Origin: Trichoplax adhaerens
Taxonomy: Eukaryota; Animalia; Placozoa
Assembly: GCF_000150275.1 (NCBI RefSeq)
Contig: NW_002060953.1
Span: forward strand, 1,089,693-1,153,692
DNA length: 64,000 nucleotides
Reading direction: 5' to 3'
The notes under the pieces: model-generated
Told to the model about the DNA's origin: nothing
What the model saw: only the letters and a program-made list of their open reading frames with translations
Database searches by the model: none
Translations under genes and position numbers: made by a program
Shown: piece by piece, positions 43,271 to 57,056 of the stretch
How the letters are laid out: each line of letters starts with the position of its first letter
Position numbering within the stretch: the first letter of the stretch is position 1

Positions 43271-44873
43271 CAAGGACTAATCGATACTATTCTACTCTAT
43301 AGTATGATGACAGCATTGCAAAATACAGACTTCTAACCTGAAGACTACAGTGTAATATGATTCTTGCAGTATAAAATGATTGATGTTAAAAGTGATGAAA
43401 GGATAAAGAGGAGGTTTTATTGATAGATTGACAGTAAACACACATAGGTAGAACATTCATTAATGAACTGTATAATCCATGGACAACTGGACGCCAAGGA
43501 CCTGAAGAAAAGATGATGTCATCTCTACTTTCCTCGTACAGTACACACTGTGTACAGTACTCACGGTGTTAGAGGAAGACCTGGACAGTGGACAGCTGGA
43601 CTGATCACCTCCCCTCAGGCGGACAGACTTTTCTACAATACCAAATATGGCCGAAAAAGGGGAACAATAACTATTTAGTATGGATCTTCCTTGTCTGTTT
43701 TCCCCAAATCACTAGGTCCTAATTGAATTTATTCACTAGAAATTCAATTAAATAAACATTGACAATCCTATGCACAATTATACTGTAGCTGTTTCCTAGC
43801 AGAACTTTCATGTAGCCATAGAGGTAAGAAGAACGGTTACATTAAAGTTCTGCTGGCAATCCGATGTAACCGATTCCATGCAATATGAATTATAATAATT
43901 TAGTAACAATCAGTCCATTTAGAATGGACCGTCTGCATACTCGGCTGATGCGTGAATATTGGTGCATCTAGCTTAGTAATCCATGAATTAATTCAAATAA
44001 TTGCATTCTGTTATTACTTGATAACCCATTTACTACGTGTTAAGAGCTATTGGTTAATTTATAGTTCATGAATAAAGTACGATCGACGCGTTAATCAAAC
44101 AAAAATGGTTTGCAATAACATCCTGAAAATCGTAAAATACTCACTCTTCGAAAGAACTCCTATATAAGTATAGATCGAGCCGAATACATTCTTAATATGG
44201 CCGGACATCAGTTTAGTCTTGAAATAATCTCACCAGCACTATTTCATCTGTAGTATGATACAGCTGTGTCGGCAAAGCATGCCTGTAATACATGATCCAA
44301 ACAATCAAAATAGTATTCATCAATATCAAGCCTAATTCTTTAATTCCATTGGTAATAGTAAAAGAATAGGTATCAAGCGGTGATGATGAAAAGCATACTT
44401 GGGAGTAGTAAATAAAATGATTTTGTTTGCTGCAATAACAGTGTACCGTATTCCCTTATTCAATCAATCGTAAATGGTAGACAACAAGCTATTTTATATT
44501 GGATTGAATTAGATGCTCTTACCTCCCGCTAAAGGATATTACTCATCAGTCAGTATAAATGTTTGTACTATCACGTTTATTCGTCCAATCGAACTCATGG
44601 CCTTCGGTCACAATCATCAACGTTAATGCTAATATTACCGTCCATCAATAAAATTCTGCAAAAACTTACATGGTGTCGGTTATTCCTATTGGTAATGTAT
44701 TAAATGAATTTCATTACTTTCCTAATGAAGTGTAGCCTTCAAGCATACTGTCGATCATTGGCGCTACAGTATTAATGTACGATAACTATTTCTGTTAAAT
44801 TAGATCCCTGATCGATATACGACTTAGGTTATGACAATTTTTTCCCCGCGCAGATGATTAAAGAACGAAAATA

Positions 44874-45592
44874 ATGAAGGCGTTAATTATACTCGCGTAT
44901 GCCATATTCTTTCTTCACCAGGCTTCTCTCAGTCATGCTAGCCTTGCTACTATTAACGGACCCCATGATAAAGAAAAACATGCAAACTATGATGAAAACT
45001 ATCTTATTAACGGAGAATTCAACGTTGAGGATATTTCATCCCTAGAAGATAGTTTAGCTCATAATGCGAATGATCAAGACATTGCCCAAGATGATCTATT
45101 GGCAGACGATGACCGACTTGCTGAAGAGGCCACGGAGAAACATCATGTAAGTTCAAATGTCAATTTCATTTCATTTCATGCAACAGATGCCTTTAGTTAA
45201 TAGAGACTTGATAATTACTACCTATAAAAATATTCTACTTTCTACGACGATGGCTAAGACAGTATAACAAGTATCTTTCGTCGATTTTAAATGCTTGCGA
45301 CGCTGATCGATGAATATGAGCCACGTAAAGCTATAAATTGATTTTCGCTTCGTGTGTATTTTGCTTATTGTTATTTAACTAGTGGATACGTCGTCGTCGT
45401 CGTCGCCGCCGTCGTCGCCATTATTTGTCATGGCCTTCTATTAGACATTTTGGTCGTCCTATTCCTACTTCCAGTTTACCAGGTCATCTATATAATGTGT
45501 TTATTAGTCGACGACGCCGCTACAGACCTAGTGATGGCTCTAATCACTACTTTCGAGGCCGATACTACTTTAATCGTCGAAAATATCATTAG
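44874..45592 (+). CDS. Secreted prepro-protein (~160 aa): signal peptide, acidic pro-region, Arg/aromatic-rich cationic C-terminus
   Basis: Exon 1 44874-45146: MKALIILAYAIFFLHQASLSHA signal-like start, D/E-rich, CAT|GTAAG donor in phase 0. Exon 2 45383-45592 after a TAG acceptor: WIRRRRRRRRRRHYLSWPSIRHFGRPIPTSSLPGHLYNVFISRRRRYRPSDGSNHYFRGRYYFNRRKYH*. Confidence 0.75.
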
Positions 45593-47021
45593 TATTGTAA
45601 TTTCTTGATCTTGCCTATCTAAATGGGCAAGGGTAGTTGGCTCTTGCTACAAGCATGAAAACAGGTACTATGCTCTCTACCCAAATCTTGCTTTCTCATT
45701 TCAATACATTAAATCTGGTTTTGGTGAAGGACCGTGGATAACCAATGGTTTCAGGAAATACATTAGAAAATATTTCGACGTTTAGTAAAGAATAAACTAT
45801 TTGCACCTAATCACTCTCAAGAAAAATGATTTGAATGTTTTCATCACTGCTTTAACTAAATTCAATCCAAAGCCCTAATCAATAAGGATGTATGATATCT
45901 AACTTCTTTACAACTATGGTATTAGAAACTAGCGAATTAATATTTCAAATCTTAATTTCGGCGACTATTTTAAACGAGCTACGTAGAATTAGTAATAAAA
46001 TTACTTGTTACACAATATACAGGATGTTAACTATAGTGTCTCTCTCGCTTTCAAAATAAAAAATCATCAGTATTAATGTTAATAAAGAGTGCAGCCATTA
46101 ATATATCTGTCTTACGCTGTGGTATATCACTGTTATGTATAATGTTGGAAAGAAATAGCTATCTTGTATCAGTAAGCACGTATTCAATCTTCAATAATGT
46201 CCATCATGATTGCAGTAATGCTATATTCAAAATAGATAGAGTTGAATAAAATCTTCTCTACGTAATAAATGTTTTTCCTTAGAGTTAATTAAAGCCTATT
46301 ACTGTGTCGTTTAAATTGAAGATAAAGCCTAAAATTATTATTGTGAAGAGTTGCGCTTTAAATAAGCAAAACAAGTAGCTACAAATAATGCCCAGGTGAT
46401 GTACTGAGTCATAAATATTTCTCTATATTTGCTTTGTGTTGCAAATTTGCAATGGGAATAGCAGATTGTAATTTCAACATCTCAAGATATTATATAATAG
46501 GGAATTAACTTCAGCTATCACTATCTTAAGGGTTACTGGTACTACCTAAAGTAGCGATAATGAGGATATCACTCTAAAAACTTGCTTACCATCTAGATCA
46601 ATTAAAAAAAATTTAAATATCATCCAATCAGTTATAACAACTAAGAGCTAAAAGTACATGATCAGGACAAAGTAGAGCTCAGGTGTGCTAGAGTAAAATT
46701 TATCATTTTCTAATTCGAAGCAAACGAGAAGTCGATTTGTAACTGTATCGTCAGTGAAAAGTTATCCTGATCGCCATACTATATTATCATGAATTCATAA
46801 TCTACTCTTTGCTGATTTATAAAGTATACGAGTAGATACCTATAGGGCCACGATACTTCTCACTCAATACTATATGCCAGACAACAAGCAAAGCATAGAC
46901 AATTTGCTGTAGGAACTCGCATAAGCCAGTTGTTACAGTGTTAAATACTGTATTACAGTAGAAATAACTATGTTAGGATAATTCTGTTAGACTATCCTTA
47001 TTTAGTTAACTTCTAATTGGA

Positions 47022-47071
47022 NNNNNNNNNNNNNNNNNNNNNNNNNNNNNNNNNNNNNNNNNNNNNNNNNN
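47022..47071. other. Assembly gap (50 N)
   Basis: Run of N; about 65 bp upstream (46868-46931) is repeated immediately after the gap (47073-47137). Confidence 0.97.
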
Positions 47072-50000
47072 CATACTATATGCCAGACAACAAGCAAAGC
47101 ATAGACAATTTGCTGTAGGAACTCGCATAAGCCAGTTTATGAGCCATTGCAATAACTATTAACTCTAAGACTAACTGCAATTCTATCCATCAGTGCTAAC
47201 AATATTTGCTTAATAGTCTTTGTAGCACAAAACGCATAGATCAAATTGATTTAGTAGGGATAGCCTAAACAGATCAGGATTGCAAATTAAGATTATAAAA
47301 GCCAACGGAAATAATATTAAACTCTTTAAAAAACGCATAAAAGTTTGCGTAGGGTATCTCTTCGCAATAAGTTTCGCTATGAGCGCGATAGAGACAAACC
47401 TAAATAGACCTGGAGTGATAATTAAAATTGTAAAAGCCAATAGAAATTCTTCATTTCCTACATCATAAAATCTCGACTCTGTTCGTATATAGAGCATCTC
47501 TTTGCATAATAAAAAAAAAACACCATGATATAGTATAAAAGTCTATGTAGGGTATCTCTGCACAAGATCTTGTTATGAATTTACGCCGATAAACCTAAAT
47601 GAAGCAAGATTGTTAATTAATATTTTAAAAGCAATTGAAAGTAATTTTGTACACAATGAAGTATAAAGTCTATACAGGATGCTATCTTTTTAGTCGTAAT
47701 ACCTCGCTATTAATCTTACGATATTATCTGCTGTATTCAGAAAGACCCTAAAAGCACGCGTAAAATTACTGCATTAACATGGTATATCAGAATGTAGAAC
47801 ATGCTCTGTAATTGGTTTAAACATTATTACTCATAAAAATAGTAAAGAATCTTAATTTAGCTGAAGTCTTTGTCATTCATTTAATAGAGCATATGGAATA
47901 ATACTGGAACAAGCACCGCTAACGAAAAATGTTGTTTTGTAATAAAAGACATTAAAACTATATTTCGGTTAGTAAATGGCATACTCTATATCTGTCACCA
48001 GTTAAATCGGCATTAACGAAAAGGCAAAGTATCAGCGCTTCTTCTTATCGATATAGCAAAGCTACTTGTAGATTAATAATAATTACAATTACTATTCGAA
48101 TGCTAGATCCCATACTGATATTGCAGATAATAACTTCAATTTTTTTGCTACAGAGAGCTATTTATCAACTTGTAGGACTCTATGCTAGCCATCATGAGCT
48201 ACTGTTGCGACTCCAACACGATATATCTACATTTTATTGAATGAAAGCAATCCCATTTTAAATAAAAGATTTTTCGTACTCGGGTGATAAATAATTTCAT
48301 TAATATTCTTTATACTAAAAACAACAACAATACTTCAAACATTACTGCTGAGAATACGGAAATACATATATTGATTTAAACCGCAATTGAGCCGTTACTA
48401 ATATTCATACCTTACGAACTCGCACAGTAGTATATGTATACGAGTATATATATTAATAGTATAGTTTTGTGCATATCGAGAATAAATTTAATGTAGTAAC
48501 ACCAACTTTTGAGCTTACATTTTTCAACCCTATTAAATAAATAACAAATTTCATTATTTAAAATTACTCAAAGTTGAAATTACATAAACTAACCTTAAGT
48601 TGAGATCAGTAAGAGAGAATAAGTGATAGTTTCGCTTAACTTGGAGTCACTTAGAAGGATCCTACATCATTAACTAATATTTACTAATATTTTCCGGCCT
48701 CGAATTATAGTACTTAAGTAACTCAACTCTAATGAAATTTAAACCAATAGATTTATTAATGCATTGATGTAACAGTTTAAGCACTTTCTACGTAGTATCT
48801 TAATGTAAGTCTAGTACCAAGGAAGGCAATATTCGACAACATCAATTGCTTTCTAATATTGTAATTCACTACATCCCTACCTTGCGGGTAGTATTACATT
48901 TTGTATCTAATATACATAAATTCATAAACATCTTACCCTTTGTTAGCATAACGATATAGTTTAGCAGTCTTAATCGAAAATAGTACCGTAGATATAGAAA
49001 TATATAATAAGGAAAATGATTACTATAATATATGAATAAGTAAATTGAATAGATAGATGATCGTTTTCTCGTAAAAAGAGTAATACATTTTTTAACTAAA
49101 ATAATTATCGTCGTGTATCATTAATGGTCCATAGGTTAAGCCTGGAACTATAGCATACTCACACAAAAAATTTGCTAAATGTATCAGTTCGCCATTTCTG
49201 CTTACTTACTACCAAGACAGCTACTTCTTCTACAGGTACAGAAACTAATACAATTTTATCTAAGTCTCAGTCACGAATAATATGTAAAATAAAAATAAAA
49301 TTTTAAAATATCTACTTATCACCTATCTTATGTATCTTATTATCTTACGATATTTACTCCGAGAGTAGCTTTCAAAAATTGATCATTTTGTTCATCAACC
49401 TATGTTTATATGCTTTCACTAAGAACGCAACGTACTATCATGATCCGCAAACTCTACTAGCCAAATTTAGGGCTATGATGTAGGCTATGTTGTCTCATAT
49501 AGTGAAATCTTACACATCCATATCAAGAGTTACAGACGATTACATATTAATATTAAATCTTACATACTCATCTATCTTACGTTATAATTGTCATTACTTA
49601 CTCTGTACAATACTGTACATATCTGCCTATATAAATTTACTTATACTTCTCGTGACAAAGATATACCGGAGATATTTCTGCATTTTCACCTATTTCGAAC
49701 TACAGTACTGATCAAGATTAATTATCCGTGACAGCTATGAACCTTTTCCTTAAGTTTCACGGCAGAAATAATATAGACCTTCCCTTTATGCTCTATTTTA
49801 AAATACGCCAGGGTATACATAGAACATATACAGTCATGATCAGAACATGACCTGACCTTTGAGTCTTCCCATAAATTAGGTAAGCTTGATTACTATATTT
49901 TATTTCGATGCCGTATTTAACGCTATTGCTCACTAAATAAGCCCACAACTACTTTTAAAAAACTAAGAACTTTAAAGTAAGTAAGAGAGACCGCATAAAT

Positions 50001-53000
50001 TGTATTATAGCTAATAATCACTAAAGTACCGTGTTACAATCCAATTGCATGTACTGTAATTGTATAATTATTAATATTATAGCACAACTCAGATGACTAT
50101 AAATAACTTTGTTATGTCAATGAATATACGCATATCTATTAGTATATTTACAGCATCATAGACCAAAATTGACAAGCTATAAATTTATTAGCGTTTCTAT
50201 TTCGCATTATGTTATCAAATAAGTTAGTCTAATTTACAATTCGCTTTAATTAAATAGATCGTAAATAAAATGTTGTTATGTTGATCCTGTACTTGATATT
50301 ATTTTTTAAAGTAGATTAGCGAACGGTATACACCTCCCATAAATTAAATGGAAAGTTTTACTTTAAGTACCTTTATTTCTTATGCTATATCACTGAATAA
50401 ATTTAATATAGCATGATAATATAATTCGGTAAGACCGATAATTTATAGAATCTTACAAAGTATAGTATTATTTCTTTTAAAATGTGGTATCCTGGCGTAT
50501 AGTTTACTGACGTTTTGAATATCGCTATATCAAATTAAGCTGTGCCAACAAATCATAAAGCTATTAACAGAAGGCTACATGCACATCACGAACACGTTAT
50601 TCAAGTCAATAAAAACATGTCATTTTGGATAACCTGTATAATAATGAGTACGTGATTCATAAATAAAAATTAGCCAATCATAACTCATTTAACGGTATTT
50701 ACCAGCTACAGAATATCTGAATAGCATAAATATATTATCAGTATATTTAGTAATATGTTGTTTGAAATTTACTATCTATGGCGTTTACTAGAGGTGCTGT
50801 ATAAGTACTTCGAATTGCAATTAATAATTACTATTTTTGTAAATATCGTATCGCATTAAAACTGAAAAATAGAACATATGTAGATTATCAATGTATTTGG
50901 TACTGTGAGAAATTATTCAAATAAATTTTTATTTATCTACCCAATGATTACTGATTAGTGAAAAGAAATTAGTTCACTGAGTGGTGAGCGAGGCAGATAG
51001 GACTATGTTAACATTGAAATAGGACATCACTATAATTAATAGGATATTATTTTCAATGGCCATCACACCCTTATTTTCGCATTATATTTTTGTCAAATTA
51101 TGCTATATTTATGTAATAACATCAATATATTTATTTATTTATAATTTTTATCTTATTCTTAAGGAGGGCATAGAGTGAGAGAAAGGGCCTCTGTCAAATA
51201 TAGTATGGTGTAAGAATAGTAAATCTATTTTTATCACAATCTGGACTACATAATGCGGAAGTGGTATTCACGAACACTTATCGGGAAAGTTATTTTTTAC
51301 ATTGAGTAATATTCTAAGCTCTAATTCGGCTAATAGCTTCGGTAACCATACGTAATTGAGTCTAATATTTCTTTCCAACTCCAGAGAAGATCTTCTGCTC
51401 CTGGCTAACTTATTTCCTATATAAAATTACGTCAGCACTAATTTCTATTTACTATTTACAAACAAAAAAGTTCAAAAATCGTTACGATATTATCTTAATT
51501 GGTGTAATATTCCATATGAGATGCCGTACACTAGATTGATTCACTACTGAATCTTTACCGAATCAATAAAGCACCGATCTTAATTTTATTTATTCACTCA
51601 TATTTCTCTATAGGCTATAAAATATGGAATTATATCAAATAATTATGGAAGTGAATAAGTAGATAAGTCTGAAATGTCACGAGATGACATTAATGAAAAT
51701 CTTATCTAATGAAAATATCTCAAATAATTCTATCTATTTATATTTTATAATAAGGATCTATTGTAAGTATAAAAATAATTCAATAGAATTTAATTTCATT
51801 AGCAGGTTATTTTTCTCATTAAAATGTGTCACTCTTTTATGAGGCAAAAGTTATAAATATTATAATTTGCGATGTTCTTTGCGTTAAAGAAATCAGGATA
51901 ATTTTTACCTGATATTAGTTAAAGCTTAAGTAAACTTGAGAAATCATTCCATGAGCATAATAATTTCTACTTTTAGTCCTTCCAAACTTAATATAGCTTC
52001 AGTGCTCTACAAAAATATCGAGTAATCAACCTAATTAATGTGTGCACCCCGTATGTAAGTAACGTATATTTATCCTTATAAGCATTTCAAAAAAACAAAT
52101 ATCGACTATTATCACCAATTATAAAGAAATATTGTCATTGTCTACAAATTCTTTCCTTAAAGTTTTTAAGAAAAATTTTAGTTAAGATCTATTAGCTTTA
52201 GAGAGATCATTGCCAAACTTTTGATTTAGGCTAAGGAAATAAAATCACTATGGTAATTAACGTTGTGAGTTATTCGCGTAGACCAAATATCCGTTTCCAA
52301 ATTCAATTTCGAGTATTATTAATGTCGATAAATAAGTATGATAAAAATATTCTGCGCTACGGAAGAAAATTTGCTATTAAACTTATTTATGGAGGTAAAA
52401 CATACAGTTAAGCTAAAAGGTAAACAACATTCCATCGAAAACTGTTTCGAAAGCCAATTTTAATAACCGACATATATTAATTTGCTACATTATTGACTAT
52501 ATGCCTTAACTTAAGCCCACTAAGATATAAAACTAGAGATAGGGATTATGATCAAAATTTTACTATCATTATAGAGCTAACACGGTAAATTATTTTCTTG
52601 ATAAAAGGCATCAGAGGATTATTATTGTGTGATTGACAAAGAATACCACGGCATGCAAATTCAATTTGATTTTTGTTATCAATTTTCAATGCTAAATATT
52701 CACATTTTCCAAACGTGGGAATATCAATGATCACTTGTGATAAAATTCGATCGCAAAAATTAGGACTTTACTAGATCTAATACAAAGACTATCTACACAT
52801 ACCTCTACTGTAGCCGAATACAACTACTGAAAGACTTCTAGAAAGAACAATCAGATAATCTAATGCCTCCTGCTTTTATTCTCTCTCGCTACCTTCGCAG
52901 CTACAATTAGCATAGCAGCATTCTACCATATTTTACACATATTCAGCTTATTAGTAGTTACAATATTTTACTGTGAATCATCATTAATCCAATATGAAAT

Positions 53001-55979
53001 AATTACGATATTTTCGTAGACATTATTCCTATCTCTCAAAGTACAATGTACTAAGCATATACTAATATATGATTTACAGTTTTATTTCTACCTCTAACCT
53101 TATTAGTTGCTCAGCGTCTTATTGTATATAGTTATATGTACTCTAGCATAGAGTCTATCCTTACAGTCCATAATTATGGGCCACTAAATATCATAAGATA
53201 AATATAGAAAAGACACTACCGTACATCAAACTAAACATGGCAAATAGTCTACAATCAAAATATTAAGTTACTTTGTATGACTGTAAGGATATTTCAGTTA
53301 AATTGCAGCTTAAAATCCTAAACGTTCTTTACTATTTTCATTCAATATTATCATCAAGACAAATTCTGCATATTGTTGATACAGCTTCATAGGTTCAATG
53401 CGTCAGATTTAGTCGTAAACAACCTTTTAGGTACGGAAACTATTTAACCGCATATAAAATTAAGCCGTCCATTTGGGATAATAGTAATAAGGTAGTTTCT
53501 TTCATTTAGATTTTAATATAAACTGTCAACACACAGACTAAAGCAGAATTCTTTATAGTTTCATTTCTGTTCAAAACAAAAAATAAGAAATCTTATTGTC
53601 CTATGGACGTCAGATGTAATTGTTGTGCTTCTTGATTTACTAGCAAATTTCATCCCTGATTGCTTACAAAATGTGATAAAATAAGCCATTGTCTGTTGTT
53701 ATTGACAATGATTATTAACATTATCATTATCTCAAAATATCGCATACAGGTACTGTTGACTCAATAAGACAGTGAAAGGAAAGTAGGAATACAATCCAGG
53801 AAAACAAATTGATGCAATATCGTTGGGCAATTTTAAAATAGTTTCATAAACGTATACATTTCTCCTCTCATCCTTTTACGGATTTGGTAATAACCACTTA
53901 AGGAAAAGATATTGATCAGGGAATTATCCAACTTAAAGATAGTTAATTATTCGTCGTTTTACTACTATTAAATAGCAATATGATAAAATTCTATAGTACA
54001 GTACCTATAAAGTTTTGAAAAATAAATTCAAATGCCTATCTTCAATGAATTTAGATCATCAGACGCTATTATACCGATGTTATAGAATGGAGAGCTGCAA
54101 TTTCAATTTCTCAGCAAAATATACATTGTACCAACTAGTAACAACTGCTATTAGTGGACAATGATGAATAGCTACATTTCAGCAATTGTAGGTTTTAAAA
54201 TGAATTGACAAAATAGTCTATGACTCGTTAATACTCGTAGTTATGTTTGACTCCCCAACATGCTATAGAGTAACATAATGAAATAGATATTGTACAAAAG
54301 AAGGATAGAATTTATCATAGATGAGGTAAATGTCTCTCTACTTATTGGAATAAAAGAAAATCGAAAGACTGAGTTAGTTTTCATTTGTTTATTCATTGAA
54401 TTATTCAAATTCGTAATAATTCTCTTCTACCATATGCGTATGATCATTATTACAATGGGTTGATGAATAAATAGAATAGTTCAACAGATCCTAGTTCTAT
54501 TAGAACTATGTCGAATTAGAATAATCTCGTTAAGTTATATTTAGTAATAGTATCATCTTCATTTTGAATACATTAAACGGTAGAATCGAAACAATTAATA
54601 CCAATACATAAACCGAACTTTTTTTAACCACATTAACTCTTAAAATTAGAAAGCCAGACATTGCTAAGCTATGAAAAGTTCATATACAAGTAGAAGTGGA
54701 CGTAATTTATGTCTAATTCGTTATCCATTTTAGCAGTTACGGTAATATAGATAACATATTTCTGGGCAGACCAATTTATCTCACACTTTCAGTAATATTT
54801 TCATCGACGGGCGTAAGAATAAAAAGAGACATAAATATTGCAACAAAGAAAATACTTATACAGTAATTGCCAGAAAGGATATTAAGTTTAGGCAATTTAC
54901 AAAATCGTCAACAATGATGGTACATAAGCTTTCAGGCTGAATAATTTATTTCTGATTCTATCTTCAATAAACTTCTAAATAAAGTTGAAATTTAGCAAGC
55001 TATACTAATATGATAAATGGAAGAAAGCAATAAAAGTATCATTTTAATGCCATTTCATGCGTTTAAACACCTGTAAAAAGCGCATTCAAGAAAAATTTTT
55101 ATACGGTTTGAAACTTGTATAATATCTTTTGGCCAAAAAATTATCTTTCCCTATTAGTAGGTTAATATGATTAATTATAATCAATGATACTTTCAATAGA
55201 GAAAGTAATTCTTTCAGGTTGTCTATAGGATGAGTTTCTGGTAAGAAGATGATAACTTTTTATATAAGTACATAGACATTATGCTTCTCGTCAGGGTGAC
55301 GAGAAGCAATTGTAACTTTCGGTCTAAATGCTAAAAATACTTTAACCGTTTACAAAACATAGGTTATAATAAAATGGAAATTTTATCTGTAATTAAGCTA
55401 TTAATTTACTGTACATGTTATGAAGAAAACTTATCTTTCTATTTATATGTTGCTGATGACCATGACAAAAAAAGAAATTTTAATAATTTTTAAATTCATT
55501 TCTGGAAGATGTTGAGAAGCAATCTATCAATACAACATTTTCAATCAATTTTTTCTTTGTTTCCCTAAATAATATTAAATTTCTGCCCCTAGCTAATTTC
55601 TAGGCAAGCAGTCTTGACTTATTTAAATCTTGTATATATATTCATATGTAAAATTTAGTCTTATTGAGAATTATATAACATAGCGCGTATTAATATCAAG
55701 TTTTAGAATTGCTTATGCTTAGTCTATCTATTGGATATTTTATTGAATTCATTGCAATAAAACATTCATCGAGTATATTTTTGTTACCTGTACGAGTAAA
55801 ATATTTAATAGTATTCCATATCATTAAAAGGCTGGATAGTTTTTCGATTATCCGTAAAATATAGCCTAGGCGCTGCTTTAGCTTTGTTCAGTCATCTCTT
55901 CGTTTAATGTTTGAGTGCCCATAATTTACAGTATATGAAAGATGATTGGTATTGTATTGAAGAAAAGTTGCGTCCTTAT

Positions 55980-57056
55980 TTATGCCAATGCAGGATTCGA
56001 TCCAGTTTGTTTATTTGGTAAAATAATTTCGGGAATTTTAAAGCTATTTGTTATTCCGGGGTTAGGCTTATGTTTTTTATTACTTAGACATTGAAATCGA
56101 TGCAACATTTTGCGAAATTCTTGACGATAATAAGGATTAGTGCTAGCGTAAATGAACGGATTAATAGCAGAATTGAGTAGGACAAGTAACTTGGTAAGAA
56201 AATGGCCATCGTTGCCCGTTTTCAGAAGGTTTAAATTAGCTAATGTGAAATAGACGATATTAGGCAACCAGCACAGAAAGAAAGCTAATGATGTCACAGC
56301 ACAAGTAATGGTAATTTTGTTTCTCATTTTATAAGCAGCCGTGTTGCGTTTCATTTGATCAGAAAAGCTGCGAATGGTCGTTCTCATGTAGCGCAAGATA
56401 TTAAGATAGCATGCGATTATCATTACCATCGGTAATAAAAACCGTAAGAAAAAATAAAGTGAGTAAATCGTAAAATGCAGTGCTTCATCAGGTAAATTTT
56501 TCCATACGCATGATGGATTTTCATCTGGATAATAATGAGTTTGCCAGAGGTTGCCTAAAACTAAGACGAAACCCCAAATCCAGACAAAGACTAACATGAT
56601 TCGAGTACGAGTTAAAGTAAAATAACGAGGATGCAGATTGGCTTTGACTACGGCATACCGTCTTTCAATACCTAATACTACCAATGTATACATGGATATA
56701 AAACCAAATCCAAAGGTAAATACCTCTGAACCAATAGCCACACAAAATATATGAGCACCCAAACCAGGTGGTGGTTGAATGTAACCATCCCTAATAATAT
56801 GCTCCGGAGTAACGATAATAAAGATGCCGGTTAGAAAATCGACAAGAGCTAAATTCCAAATTAAAACACCGTGCGGATAACTTCGTAATTTACGGCTATA
56901 CATGAGCACAATGAAGACTAAGGCATTACCAACAACGGAAATACCAGCAACCATACCGAAAGCAATTTGTGTACCGATTCCTCCATCATAAACGGATTCA
57001 GAAGAATTAGTAGAATTAGTTGTACTAACTGTGGTGCTAAAACCACTACTTGCCAT
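55980..57056 (-). CDS. Rhodopsin-like (class A) GPCR, intronless, 358 aa
   Basis: Seven hydrophobic segments with GNALV (TM1), NLALVD (TM2), IERRYAV (DRY-like), W in TM4, LLP (TM5), CWLP (TM6) and NSAINPFIY (TM7); N-terminal N-glycosylation sequons. Confidence 0.95.
   Translation of the reverse strand: MASSGFSTTVSTTNSTNSSESVYDGGIGTQIAFGMVAGISVVGNALVFIVLMYSRKLRSYPHGVLIWNLALVDFLTGIFIIVTPEHIIRDGYIQPPPGLGAHIFCVAIGSEVFTFGFGFISMYTLVVLGIERRYAVVKANLHPRYFTLTRTRIMLVFVWIWGFVLVLGNLWQTHYYPDENPSCVWKNLPDEALHFTIYSLYFFLRFLLPMVMIIACYLNILRYMRTTIRSFSDQMKRNTAAYKMRNKITITCAVTSLAFFLCWLPNIVYFTLANLNLLKTGNDGHFLTKLLVLLNSAINPFIYASTNPYYRQEFRKMLHRFQCLSNKKHKPNPGITNSFKIPEIILPNKQTGSNPALA

Noticed and set aside
42035-43273. 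Short ORFs rich in Y/S/T/V/Q/C
   Set aside because: Translations of the tandem array on both strands.
45354-45608. ORF-track 84-aa poly-Val hydrophobic ORF
   Set aside because: Alternative frame of the CGT-repeat exon; the splice phase from exon 1 selects the poly-Arg frame.
47210-55900. Scattered small ORFs and faint local repeats (47.25-47.7 kb)
   Set aside because: No recognisable protein motifs or consistent exon chain found; treated as intergenic.
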